Of a DNA stretch of 64,000 bases, positions 12,961 through 27,930 are shown one piece after another (the first letter of the stretch is position 1; the number at the start of each line of letters is the position of its first letter). The translations under genes and the position numbers were made by a program. Below the pieces are notes generated by a model, which was not told the origin of the DNA, searched no databases, and saw only the letters and a program-made list of their open reading frames with translations. Origin of the DNA: Octopus sinensis (lineage: Eukaryota); assembly GCF_006345805.1 (NCBI RefSeq), contig NC_042997.1, forward strand, positions 191,022,001 to 191,086,000. The letters are read 5' to 3'.

Positions 12961-13592
12961 CTTCAGATTGACACCCAAACACTCTGAAATGTTCGTATTA
13001 GAGTTTCCGGCGCGAATGCCACGCAGTACAGCATGATGTTTCCAAATTTCTGGCAGAGTGAATTGTGTGATGGTTCTGTTCTTCTCACAGACGGTGCCTA
13101 ACTGACCCTACTATACCGTGTAGTGGACAAAATAAAAGACAACGCGCATGTGCAAAATTAAGAATATAAAATAGCGACAATTTACCCATCGCACACTGTA
13201 TGTATGTATGTGTAGTGGATCTTGCAGGCATGAAGTGGATTCGATCCTAGATAGCCTAATTGAAATTAACACTTCAACAGCACTTTTCTCACGGTGAAAC
13301 AATAGTTTTTCTGTGACAGCAGTTTACATTTGCCAGATGCCTTAGCTAAGCAGAATCATGTCTTCACCACTTGACTCTTCTAACCTCTTATAAGCTACCA
13401 AAAGCTAGAATTAAAATAACAAGTACCACCAACGAAATATATTGTTCTCAACGATATGTGTATCCTTCTGGATAGTTATAAAAACAAGAAACCCCGTATG
13501 TATGTATGTATGTATGTATGTATGTATGTATGTATGTATGTATGTATGTATGTATGTATGTATGTATGTATGTATGTATGTGTGTGTATAGG

Positions 13593-14020
13593 TGGAGGCG
13601 CGTGGCTTAGTGGTTAGGGTGTCAGAACCATGATCGTAAGATTGTGGTTTCGATTCCTGGATCATGTGACGCGTTGTGTTCTTGAGCAAAACACTTCATT
13701 TCACGTTGCTCCAGTCCACTAAGCTGGCAAAAATGAGTAACGCTGCGATGGATATAATAAAAAAGTAAATGCGCCCTTTTAAAGCCTAGCCAGGCTCATG
13801 GGCCCGGTTTCCCGATTTCTATGGCGTATGTGTTCCCCAGCTGGATGGGACGCCAGTCCATCGCAGCGTTACTCATTTTTGCCAGCTGAGTGGACTGGAG
13901 CAACGTGAAATGAAGTGTTTTGCTCAAGAACACAACGCGTCGCCCGGTCCAGGAATCAAAACCACAATCTTACAATCATGGTGCTGACACCCTAACCATT
14001 AAGCCACGCGCCTCCACCTA
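13593..14020. mobile_element. Two tRNA-derived SINE family B copies, tail-to-tail (13593-13752 +, 13760-14020 -); further copies 23480-23740 -, 61020-61140 -
   Basis: GGCGCGTGGCTTAGTGGTTAGGG...GGTTTCGATTCC head and TGTTCTTGAGCAAAACACTT core on opposite strands. Confidence 0.85.
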
Positions 14021-14619
14021 TACACACACATACATACATATACGAACATATACACACAGGCTGCAGTCTGTTTTTGACTTGGTTTCTACGGCTGGATGCC
14101 TTTCCTAACCATAGGAGAACCCGAGTTAGTGAGAGCGACCGTCAGTTAAGGAACGGACAACTAGTCATGGCCACAAGCAAGCAGCTACTAAAGACAAATG
14201 GTCAGTGGGAGAAAGAAAGTTATAATCAGCCAACTATGAGACAACTTCCCTCGACGCTTAGAAGTTTCACTAGCTCAATTTCTTTTCTTTTACAACATCA
14301 TTCTATCTCTATCTGTGGATTACTACTATGAGAACGTGCACACACATACTGGCCAAAATCAACTTTTTTTTTTACCTCGCATGCTTTTCCATTTACTACT
14401 TGTACATACCAACCCGTCGTGGTTTTGGATATATACAATGTAACGGTAAATAAATATTTTCTTTACAACTTCAATCACTGTTCTTTCATCTTTACATAAT
14501 GGAAATCAACGAAGAACCAACTCTTACAAACTGGTGACGACTCCAACGTTCCATATTATTGTTTACAAAATAAACTTCTACCGTTACATGTGTGTGTGTG
14601 TGTATATATATATAATATA

Positions 14620-14675
<56 letters not shown>

Positions 14676-14735
14676 TTATGTATATATATATATATATATT
14701 ATATGTAATATATAATGTGTATATATATGTATGTA

Positions 14736-15235
14736 TATTGTTATATTTCGGAATGGTCATATTGCCAGCTTAGCCAATAAAAACACACGCACTTATATTA
14801 TTGGTGTTATTTTGCTTCAGTGATATTTATTTTTTACATTAATCTTAATCTTATTTCGGCCAAAGTTCTTTCGTCACACTCCTGTGACCGCATCAGTGGT
14901 CCTTTGTTTTCTTCTCACTTATTTGTGTCTCTCCTTACTAACCGTCATCCATTTTGTATTTCTATTGTATGTCTTTATTTGCGCATGCTTATATCTCTAT
15001 GTGCGTCTATGTTTATTTAGTGTGTGGGTGGGGGGGGATGCCTGTAATATTTGTATCTTCTGTTTATATACATTCATGTAATTTGTATTTTGTTTTTGTT
15101 GTTGTTGCTTTTGTTCTAATTTTGTTCATGTGTTTACATCCACCCATTATTATCATTACATATGCTTGTATGTATGTATAAACAACAATATTAGTAATAA
15201 TAATAATAATAAATCTAATCGAAAAAAAAAGATAT
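14736..15235 (-). repeat. ~490-bp element carrying a variant hammerhead motif (14858-14902); inverted duplicate of 17892-18378
   Basis: Near-identical reverse complement of 17892-18378; embedded in (TA)n. Confidence 0.85.
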
Positions 15236-15503
15236 TATTATATATATATATACATATACACACATATATATACATATACATATATATATATTATATATAT
15301 ACATATATATATATTATATATATATAATATATATATATACATACATATACATACATAGATATATATACATATATAGTTATTCATTTCTATTGTTTATTTT
15401 CTGTGTATTTATTATGTTTTCAGGATCCTCTATCGTCATATTTGTGGTGTGTGCTATATATATCTATGTATGTATATGTATATATATGTGTGTATATGTA
15501 TAT

Positions 15504-15594
<91 letters not shown>

Positions 15595-15597
<3 letters not shown>

Positions 15598-17857
15598 TAT
15601 TATAAAAGGCAGATTTTATCTGCCTCCCTTTGTCACTTATAGAAATCTACAATATAGGATTTCTGCAATTACAATTTACCTAGCATTTTTAAGAGTAGAA
15701 TGCATCGGGTCATGCCAGGTCCAGTTTTTTAAATTTAAACTCCAATTAAGCAAAATTTACAGAAAACTCACATTCTGGTGTGTATGTCAAATGCTTTTCT
15801 TAGTCTGGTTTACAGCACACGCACACGCACACACACAGTGCAACGAATAAAGTGAAAGTAATTCACTGTGTGTGTGTTGACAGGTAGACAATAGAATGCG
15901 ATGGCGATGGCGATGTAATATTTGTTTCTGTCTATGACGCTGATAAAAGCATTGATGTACATGTGTGCGTGCGTGAGTGTGTGTGTGTCATTCCTCACAC
16001 ACCGCATACATATACATATATGACAGTGACAAACAAACGTTTCAAACAACTACATACAAACACGTGTGTGTTGTTATTAGTAAAAAAAGCGCCAAAACAC
16101 AACTCACTTATCATTCCACACATTTGCAAAGACACACGGACGGTCGAATTGCTATAACAATACAGAAAAGGTAAATTGGTTTTTATTTTCTCTGTATATA
16201 TTTTATTATATAATATTATATATAGATATATGTATATATAATTGCAGTATGAAACAGTGTTTTGTATAGACAGACGACACTTATATATAGTTATTAATAA
16301 ATGTATGCATCCGTTTAACCCTTTCGTTACCAAACCGCCCGAAAAAAATTTTGGTTAATGTGAACCAAGCCGCCCGAATTTACCTATTCATATTTAAATG
16401 AGAATATCAGAGTAAATCTTTTAGAACATTCGTGAAAACACGTATTATACTTCGTAAACAGTTCAACTACAGTTTTGTACAAAAATCGAAGTGTAATTTT
16501 AATTCCGTGAATTATGGGAGATTTTTTTCCGAAATTTGTTCCTATTGTGTTTTCAAAATTTGTAATTCTGACAAAAAATGGATACGAATTTCATTATATC
16601 AAGCAGCGAGTCAGAATTCGAAGGATTTTCTACTGAAGACCTTCATAAATCTAACTTTATGACTGAAAAAAAAAAAGCATGTGGTATTTGATAATGAATC
16701 TGATGTTTCATTTTCCGAAGAATGAAACAGTGAATCTGAGATCTCCGACAGCGATAAAGAAAATGATTTGGCACCTGAATGGAGTGAAAATTTAAAAACT
16801 GTTTCTTTCGGTGATTTTCTGAAGAAACTGGACCAAGCCACAGACTTTCCCAGAAGAGTAAAGCCTTAGACTATTTCTTTTACTTTTTCGAATGAGCCTA
16901 TTTGAAATCATTACGGCGGAAACGAACTGTTACGCTCAACCTAAACAAAACGAAAGAAACGATAGTTTGTTATTTCCCACAACCTTAAATGAAATTAAGG
17001 CCTATTTTGCCATAAATATTATTATGGGTATTAGAAAGTTACCCAGAATAACAAATTCTATCGTAAAATTTTGTTGTATACCCAATTGAATATTAGCTAA
17101 TAACCCATTTTCTATAGCGATGTTTGAACAAAATTTTAATAATTTTATATATTGTTGAATTAGAGTCACTTTGTGACAAAAATTATAGTATAGAATTGGT
17201 TGAGAACATTTCACTAAATTATCTTCCAAAAATCAGATTAATATATTCATAAATAAAAAAGTTGTAGTTGTTTAATGAAACCAGACTAAATTTATGATTA
17301 CGTTAGAAATTAATTGAAACATGAAATTGAAATATGGTAACGAAAGGGTTAAGAAAAACCAAAAAATATTTTATTCTTTGTAAATGTTGTGTTCAAAATA
17401 ACATTTTCTTTTAAGAATGTGTATATAACAAAGTATGTGTATATAACTACGTGGCTTATATCTTTATATATAAAAGTGAAGTTGAATGTCTGTCTCCTAC
17501 GATTTGATTTCGTAACTACTCCCACATTTTGCGGTGCAGTTTAACCAAAAGCGGGTATCTCTTATAGTCGTGATTCATATCGAGCCCTTCTGGGTATTAG
17601 CGCGCGTCTACGATGAGTCTACGATTTAAAAAAAATTTACCATCATATTTTTCCATTTTAATGCATATTTTTCGTTATTATATAAGGGAAGTAACTCTCT
17701 AAAAATATCTACGATGTGTCAACGATTTTTAAAAAATTACCATAATTTTTTTTCAATTTTTAATGCATTTTTTTGCTATTTTTTGGCTATAACTCTCTAA
17801 AGATGCTTATATAGTTATTTCCCTTACAAACCCGAGCAACGCCGGGCGATACTGCTA

Positions 17858-17858
<1 letters not shown>
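15595..17858 (+). mobile_element. Composite Helitron carrying a piggyBac derivative and a nested Helitron 5' end (17461)
   Basis: A|TCTTATTATAAAAGGC start; hairpin + CTAG|T end. The same architecture repeats at 19868-21337. Confidence 0.75.
16319..17348 (+). mobile_element. Non-autonomous piggyBac, internally deleted; a 5'-deleted second copy lies at 20187-20830
   Basis: TTAA at 16315-16318 and 17349-17352; 14-bp TIR CCCTTTCGTTACCA; remnant IITAETNCYAQ...PTTLNEIKAYFAINIIMGIRKLP resembles the piggyBac transposase N-terminal region. Confidence 0.9.
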
Positions 17859-17893
<35 letters not shown>

Positions 17894-18212
17894 TTTTTTT
17901 TCGATTAGATTTATTATTATTATTACTAATATTGTTGTTATACATACATACAAGCATATATAATGATAATAATGGGTGGATGTAAACACATGAACAAAAT
18001 TAGAACAAAAGCAACAACAACAAAAACAAAATACAAATTACATGAATGTATATAAACAGAAGATACAAATATTACAGGCATCCCCCCCCACACACTAAAT
18101 AAACATAGACGCACATAGAGATATAAGCATGCGCAAATAAAGACATACAATAGAAATACAAAATGGATGACGGTTAGTAAGGAGAGACACAAATAAGTGA
18201 GAAGAAAACAAA

Positions 18213-18257
18213 GGACCACTGATGCGGTCACAGGAGTGTGACGAAAGAACTTTGGCC
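18213..18257 (+). ncRNA. Hammerhead-like motif with A9C core variant
   Basis: GGACCA | CTGATGC | G | GTCAC-AGGAGT-GTGAC | GAAA | G-AA-C-TT | TGGCC. All three stems form; the core is CUGAUGC rather than CUGAUGA. Confidence 0.6.
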
Positions 18258-18509
18258 GAAATAAGATTAAGATTAATGTAAAAAACAAATATCACTGAAG
18301 CAAAATAACACCAAATATATAGTGCGTGTGTTTTTATTGGCTAAGCTGGCAATATGACCATTCCGAAATATAACAATATGTTTCAACACACAACTTCACA
18401 TAAAAATCTTGCACAACAAATATTTAAACGTATATATGTATGTATATATATATATATATATAGATCTTATATAATCTATATATATATTATATATATATAT
18501 ATATATATA

Positions 18510-19807
18510 TTCAACAATTGAGGGTAAAATTAATAATTAATCCATTTCACAAGTGTTCAGTATGCAAAGGGACCATTAAGGCGAATTCAAACTATTACAT
18601 TATTAAAGGGCTTAGTAAAATAAATTACTTTGCCGCATACTGAACTCATTAGAAATAGCAGCTAAAAAAAACTTTTTAAAACTATTTCTAATACTTAAGA
18701 AAACCTCTCTCATATAGTTTTGCTCAATTCAACTCACGCAAATATGGGGGTAGAGACATTAAAAAATCAAGTGCAAAGGTTATGTGAGAACTTACGTTTC
18801 AAGATTAGTCAACAAGACACTTCTATCATCAGCTCAGAACTCCCTGGTTTGGATTTGAAAACACTGAAAGTAGGAGCATACCCTCTCGGCCTCCTCTCGC
18901 TTCCGAGATCTGCTCGCAACAACAGTGCCAAAAAACTCAAAAATGCAAGCGAAGAATTTCTGCTCTCCCCTTTCCACCAGCGTGGGTTAAAATCAGAAAC
19001 ACTATGCTTTTTTCGGTAAAATCCGCGGCATTATATAAGAGAGATGAATATAATTTCAACCAATTGAGGGTAAAATTAATTAATTAATCAATTTCACCAA
19101 GTGTTCAGTATGCAAAGGGACCATTTAAGGCGAATTCAAATTATTACATTATATAAAAGGGCTTAGTAAAATAAATTACTTTGCCGCATACTGAACTCAT
19201 TAGAATAGCAGCTAAAAAAAAAACTTTTTTAAAACTATTTCTAATACTTAAAGAAAACCTCTCTCATATAGTGTTTGCTCAATTCAACTCACGCAAATAT
19301 GGGGGTAGAGACATTAAAAAATCAAGTGCAAGGTTATTTGAGAACGTACGTTTCAAGATTAGTCAACACGACACTTCTATCATCAGCTCAGAACTCCCTG
19401 GTTTGGATTTGAAAACACTGAAAGTAGGAGCATACCCTCTCGGCCTCCTCTCGCTTCCGAAGATCTGCTCGCAACTAACAGTGCCAACAAACTCAAAAAT
19501 GCAAGCAAGCATAATTTCTCTGCTCTCCCCTTCCACCAGCGTGGGTTAAAATCAGCAAACACTATGCTTTTTTCGGTAAAATCCGCGGCATTATATAGAG
19601 AGAGATGAATTATAATTTCAACAATTGAGGGTAAAATTAATTAATTAATCAATTTCACCAAGTGTTCAGTATGCAAAGGGACCATTTAAGGCGAATTCCA
19701 ATTATTACATTATATAAAAGGGCTTAGTAAAATAAATTACTTTGCCGCATACTGAACTCAATAGAAATAGCAGCTAAAAAAAACCTTTTTTAAAACTATT
19801 TCTAATA
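18510..19807 (-). repeat. Tandem array 1 of ~550-bp hammerhead-containing monomers (about 2.35 units)
   Basis: Direct repeats; hammerhead motifs on the minus strand at 18785-18836 and 19339-19390; (TA)n on both sides. Confidence 0.9.
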
Positions 19808-19867
19808 TCTTACTATATATATATATATAATATATATATAATATTATATATAATATATATATATATA

Positions 19868-21925
19868 TCTTATTATAAAAGGCAGATTTTATCTGCCTCC
19901 CTTTGTCTCTTATAGAAATCTACAATATAGGATTTCTTCAATTACAATTTACCTAGCATTTTTAAGAGTAGAATGCATCGGGTCGTGCCAGGTCCAGTTT
20001 TTCAAATTTCAACCCCATTAAGCAAAATTTAGAGAAAACTCACATTGTGGTGTATATGTCAAATGCTTTTCTTAGTGTGGGCTACAGCACACGCAAACGC
20101 ACACACACACAAACGGAGCGAACTGTTTCACTGACGCTATCACTCTATTTTCTCCTTTCTCTTTGCAAGTTTGCGACGATTAAAGTGAAAACAGTGAATC
20201 CGACAGCGATTAAGAAAATGAATTGGTACCAGAATGGAGTGAAAATTTAAAAACTGTTTCTTTCGGTGATTTTTCTGAAGAAACTGGACCAAGCCACAGG
20301 CTTTCCCAGAAGAGTAAAGCCTTAAACTATTTCTTTTTACTTTTTCGAATGAGCCTATTTGAAATCATTACGGCGGAAACGAACCGTTACGCTAAAATGT
20401 AAACAAAACGAAAGAAAGGATAGTTTGTTATTTCCCACAACCTTAAATGAAATTAAGGCCTATTTTGCCATAAATATTATTATGGGTATCAGAATAACAA
20501 ATTCTATCGTAAAATTTTGTTGTATACCCAATTGAATATTAGCTAATAACCCATTTTCTATAGCGATGTTTGAATAAAATTTTAATAATTTTATATATTG
20601 TTGAATTTACCTGTATCTACCTGCAATTAGAGTCACTTTGTGACAAAAATTATAGTATAGAATTGGTTGAGAACATTTCATTAAATTATCTTCCAAAAAT
20701 CAGATTAATATATTCATAAATAAAAAAGTTATTGTTGTTTAATGAAACCAGACTAAATTTATGATTACGTTAGAAATTAATTGAAACACATAAGGGGTGT
20801 ATTTTGGTCAGAAATATAGTAACGAAAGGGTTAAGAAAAACCAAAAAATATTTTATTCTTTATAAATGTTGCGTTCAAAATAACATTTTCTTTTAAGAAT
20901 GTGTATATAACAAAGTATGGTATATTAACTACGTACTTATATCTTTATATATAAGAGTGAAGTTGTTGTGTCTGTCTCCTACGATTTAGATTCGTAACTA
21001 CTCCCACATTTTGCGGTGTAGTTTAAAACCAACCGGGTATCTTATAGTCGTGAGTCATATCGAGCCCTTCTGGGTATTAGCGCGTGTCTACGATGAGTCT
21101 ACGATTTTAAAAAAATTTACCATCATATATTTCCATTTTAATGCATTTTTTCGCTATTATATAAGGGAAGTAACTCTCTAAAAATATCTACGATGTGTCA
21201 ACGATTTAAAAAAAAATTACCTTAATTTTTTTTCCATTTTTAATGCATTTTTTCCTATTTTTTGGCTATAACTCTCTAAAAATGCTTATATAGTTATTTC
21301 CCTTACAAACCCGAGCAACGCCGGGCGATACCGCTAGTCTTATTATAAAAGGCAGATTTTATCTGCCTCCCTTTGTCTCTTATAGAAATCTACAATATAG
21401 GATTTCTTCAATTACAATTTACCTAGCATTTTTAAGAGTAGAATGCATCGGGTCGTGCCAGGTCCAGTTTTTCAAATTTCAACCCCAATTAAGCAAAATT
21501 TAGAGAAAACTCACATTGTGGTGTGTGAGTCAAGTGCTTTTCTTAGTGTGGGTCTATAGCACACGCACACACACACACACCAAAAAGGGAGCGATCTGAT
21601 CCACTCACGCTATCAACTCTAATTTCTAACGACTTTCTCTTTGCAAGTTTGCAACGATTAAAGTGAAACTGATAAAACGAGAGAATGTACTTAAACCACT
21701 ACTAAAAAAAAAATAACACAGCAAACAGAAACAAATAAATACATAACGATTTACTCCTCACACAATTTCTTCAATTAGAGTTTACCCATGATTTTTCAAA
21801 GTACTACCATTGGGTCATGCCATACAAAATTTCTTTCAATTTTACCCCCAATTAAGACAAAATTCGAGAAAACTCAATATTTTAACATTTCACTCCGAAA
21901 GCATTGATTACATGTGTGCGTGCTT

Positions 21926-21964
<39 letters not shown>

Positions 21965-23472
21965 GATGGGTTGTGCGACACAGAAAGTGTGGTGTGTAAG
22001 TGAAGTGCTTTTGTTAGTGTGTGGTAAAGAGACAGAGAGAGTGAAAGACAGAGATAACTAAACTTTTTTATTCACTTTTTGTAGTGAGTGACTGAGAGAG
22101 AAAAGAGAGAGAGAGAGGTTATGTATGTATATATGTATGTATGGCTTCAGTGACACACACACACAAAAACACATACCTACGTACACCTAAAGCACGCACA
22201 CAACACAACACACAAGCGGAGCGCGAACTTCAAAATTTTAGTAGTATTAATTGGCGAGGCGTACTTCTAAGCGCGCGTAATTGAAAGTTTTCACTATGAT
22301 ATCATCACGTGCGAAAAAATTCGAAGGGCTTTGAACACAATTGATACAGATGTCACGCCTGTATTGAAACCATTGCTAAGCTGCCGTAATTGCTTAATTA
22401 AGACTTTTGTTTAAATTGAAGGTGCAAATATGTAACGAGGTTGAAAAAAAAATACCCCAGAAAAAAAAATGTAATGTACTGGGTATTTATATAATCACTA
22501 CTATTTTGCTACAGTCATGAAAAAGAAAAAATTAGGTATGTACAACATATATTATACATTTTTTCTATTCATTAAATCAATTCTTCAACGAAAATAAAAA
22601 AATCGAATTCGCCACCACCCTTTCCCCGTTCGCGTTTGTGTGTAAAAAAAATTATTATTTAAGTTTTAAAAATTATTTACTTTGTTCAAAAAATATTATA
22701 ATATTAATTAATTAATTTTCAAGAATTTTTAATTATATAATTATTCATTAATTTTATTCTGTAAAATAGTAATTAATTCATTTATGTAAATCGCGAGGTT
22801 GTTACTCAGGCACCTAGAAATAGCAGCCAGATTTTTATATTCTAAATAATTTGCAATTTCAAAAAATATATTAATTTTGCGTTATTTAATTGATAAATTC
22901 TACGGAATAATTTTGCGCGTTATATACGTTCGCATTTCTGTAAAAAAGTATTATTTAAGGGCGATCGAGTATCGAGTACCTACGTCTGGCGCCGCGCGCA
23001 CGCGCGAATCCGCGTGTGCGCAACCGGGACACTCTGCGATACAAGTACCCATATATACATCCATACATACATGTGTGTGTGTGTCTATGTATGTGTATTA
23101 ATGTGTGTGTGTTATCTCTATATAAAGCTGAAGTTGTCTGTGTGCGCCACGTTTGGTAACCTTCAACTAACACTATCTCCTCCGAGACCCTGCGGCGCAA
23201 GTTGACCAAAATTGAGAGTATGATAGAAGAAGGGTTGCTCTTCCTTCCGTTGAACATAAAATTCAAATCGGACCATGTTAACACCAAAAATTATTTACAT
23301 CAAAAAGCTGCTTTTTTCTATGAAAATCCCTATTTTTTACGATTTTTTCACTGCTGTGTCGCCACTTTTCGGTGTATTTCGACCAGAAAAATGTTCACAA
23401 AATTTTTACTTTTCAAAATTACAATTCCAGCGGGTCGAAACAAACCCGAGCAACGCCGGGCGATACTGCTAG
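19868..23472 (+). mobile_element. Head-to-tail Helitron dimer (19868-21337 and 21338-23472)
   Basis: Both halves start TCTTATTATAAAAGGCAG and end hairpin+CTAG; junction CTAG|TC at 21337/21338; outer A|T site. Nested 5' ends at 20942 and 23115. Confidence 0.8.
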
Positions 23473-23793
23473 TATATAATAAAAAATAAATGCGCCCTTT
23501 TAAAGCCTAGCCAGGCTCATGGGCCCGGTTTCCCGGTTTCTATAGCGTATGTGTTCACCAGCTGGACGAGACGCCAGTCCATCGCAGCGTTACTCATTTT
23601 TGCCCGCTGAGTGGACTGGAGCAACGTGAAATGAAGTGTTTTGCTCAAGAACACAACGCGTCGCCTGATCCAAGAATCGAAACCACAATCTTACGATCAT
23701 GGTGCTGACACCCTAACCACTAAGCCACGAACCTCCACCTACACACACACACACACACACACATACACACACACACACACATACACACACACT

Positions 23794-23846
<53 letters not shown>

Positions 23847-24057
23847 TAAATTAGAGATAAAACCACTATTAGGCAACTCAAACAGTGGAAAACATAAACC
23901 AAAACATAGAAATAAAATTAATATATTATACAAAATATATAAAATATAAAATTCAAAATTTAAATTATTTTATCTCTAATTTAATATATATATTTATACT
24001 GTAAAATTAGATTTAATACTAAATCTAATTTTTCCCTGTAAGTTTGGATTTACTCCC

Positions 24058-24092
<35 letters not shown>

Positions 24093-24130
24093 TATTATTA
24101 TTATTATTATTATAATATATATATATATAT

Positions 24131-25720
<1,590 letters not shown>

Positions 25721-27603
25721 TAGGGTGATGTAAAAATGGCATCAAACATTTTTTTTTAATTTTCAGGGACACAGCTTCCTATTTTATCCATATTCCCAAG
25801 AAAGCATTGTATGCGAAATTTGGGGTTGAGAAAGAGAAAATTAGAGGTTGCTACTAAGCTTTCAAAATAAATGTATCTCAGTTTGTGCTCAAAAATATTA
25901 TTTTGTTGATATTTTCGTTGGAACGGGTTTGATACGTACCTAGTTAACCTAGTTTGAAAAAAAAAACGATGACATTCCATGCTTAATACGTAGTGAGGTA
26001 CAGCGCTTATCGCGTTAACTTTTTTATGGGGAAGTTTCCTCAGTAGGCAAATCATAACCACTTATGTAAGCTTATTTCTGTTTTTTTTTGTGAAGCAAGA
26101 GTAATATTTTCTTGTTTTTGTTTGAGAGTGACGACCTGTAACTTTTAACAATTTAAAGGGGTTATTCTTTCTGCTTTTCATCATTGGTTATCGGTTTGTT
26201 GTATTCCTCCATCAGTCGTACGCCTCTTTCCGCCGTGTCGTTTACCACTTTCAGTCCATATGCGATAATTCTTGCATTCGCATAACTTTCATCATCATTC
26301 CATTCTTCAGCATTGTTTTTCAAAGAAAATGCAAGGCACCGCCAGTATTTCAAAGAATCTTTTTGTGTTGGCAGTAATGAAATCCTGAAGTTGTTTCAGC
26401 TGATTCAGGATTTAATGATGCTCGTTTGCTTGGTTTTGAGTCAACTGGTTTCTGCAGAGCAAGCTTCATTTTGTTTCTTGTCTCATGCGAAACAGCTGAA
26501 TCAAAAACTGCAAGCGCCACAAGTTCCTCAAAGAAGTACTACAAATGTCTCAAAATCTTATTGAGTGCAGCACTTGCAATTTTGTCGTCCTTTTACTTGC
26601 AGAGCTGCAGACTTTGTACAAAATGCAAATCTGAAAGTGGGGCGCATGAGGGTATGGGTGCCATGTATCACGATCTCATGTATATCGCAGCTAAAAAGCA
26701 GCAAATATCTGTTTTTTTTTCCTCTCTAAGCTACTTTAAACTGTGATTTAAACATCCAAATTTTAATGCAGTAAATTAGCTTGGCCAGCCATCGTGCTCT
26801 GTGATAAGCTCCGGGTGGTTTAAAGCTGATTCCTGACTTGGTGGGTACTACCGAGGAAAATGAGCGTTAGCTCGAGCAATTCCTTGTAGTCGCCATGAGG
26901 CTGTTGCTCATTAAGCTGAGCTTGAGCAAACTGAATCATTTCTTCAGTATCTGAGATTTTTCTCTGCAATGTTAGGGTCATCTGTTGCTGTTTGGTAATT
27001 GTTCTTGTCAATTTCCACCCACTTTGCTTTGAATCTCTTCAACAGTTGTATGTCAGGGCCAGTAGAAGATAGCAAGGAGACAGAAGATGTACAATAAATA
27101 CAAACTGAAAAATAACAATATACAATATGTTCAGTGGATGGTGTAACAACCTCTAAAATGTCTTCAATTGTGCTTAAATTTTGCATGTGAGGGCGCGTGG
27201 CTTAGTGGTTAGGGCATTCGGCTCATGATCATAAGGTTGTGAGTTCGATTCCCGGCGACGCGTTGTGTCCTTGAGCAAGACACTTTATTTCACGTTGCTC
27301 CAGTCCACTCAGCTGGCAAAAATGAGTTGTACTTGTATTTCAAAGGGTCAGCCTTGTCACTCTCTGTGTCACGCTGATTATCCCCGAGAACTACGTTAAG
27401 GGTACACGTGTCTGTGGAATGCTCAGCCATTTGCACGTTAATTTCACGAGCAAACTGTTCCGTTGATCGTATCAGCTGGGACCCTCGTCGTCGTAACCGG
27501 CAGAGTCTTTTTTAAAATTTTGCATAAGTTTTTGCACTAAATTAAATAAAATTAGATGGTGTCTTCAAGTTTTTGAAATGATAAGTTATTTTACATCACC
27601 CTA
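25721..27603 (-). mobile_element. Deleted DNA transposon, hAT-superfamily-like (hATm-type assignment tentative)
   Basis: 15-bp TIR TAGGGTGATGTAAAA. Minus-strand remnants GDYKELLELTLIFLG, PGAYHRARWLAK and LKVVNDTAERGVRLM. No clean 8-bp TSD (left flank lies in a TA tract). Confidence 0.7.
27187..27514 (+). mobile_element. tRNA-derived SINE (family B head) inserted in the DNA transposon
   Basis: 11-bp TSD AAATTTTGCAT at 27176-27186 and 27515-27525; A/B boxes; short T tail. Confidence 0.9.
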
Positions 27604-27930
27604 ATATACATGTGTGTGTTTGTGTGTGTATAATTTTTTGTAGAAGATAATAATTTCAATTGTTTGTACTTTACATCCGAAAACGAAATCGTACTTGCTG
27701 TGATTTACAAGACTTGGAATGGATACACGTTTATATTAAAACTTCAAATAATAAAGAATATTAAAAGATAATAAAAAATGATTAAAATAATAAGATATAA
27801 AATGTAAATGAAGATATAAGATTATGAAACCGTGTATGCGTGTGTAGATACATGTATCTACGCACGCATACACGATTTCATGTTCTTGTATATACTCACA
27901 CATGCATATGTGTATGTATATATATACGTA

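Larger units (their letters stand above)
9020..14585. repeat. Unclassified two-part module present about three times (A: 9020-9395, 10890-10985, 13205-13495; B: 9845-10205, 10985-11390, 14270-14585)
   Basis: Direct similarity, e.g. CATCATTCTATTTCTCTCTGTAATTAC and ATGGCAATCA.TGAAGAACAAATCCTTACAAACTG. Copies are interrupted by different SINEs and microsatellites. Confidence 0.7.

Noticed and set aside
18720-19549. Repeated ORFs in the 545-bp arrays (99-122 aa; also 47054-48950)
   Set aside because: Frames are not maintained between monomers and no RT or GIY-YIG motifs are seen; treated as non-coding.
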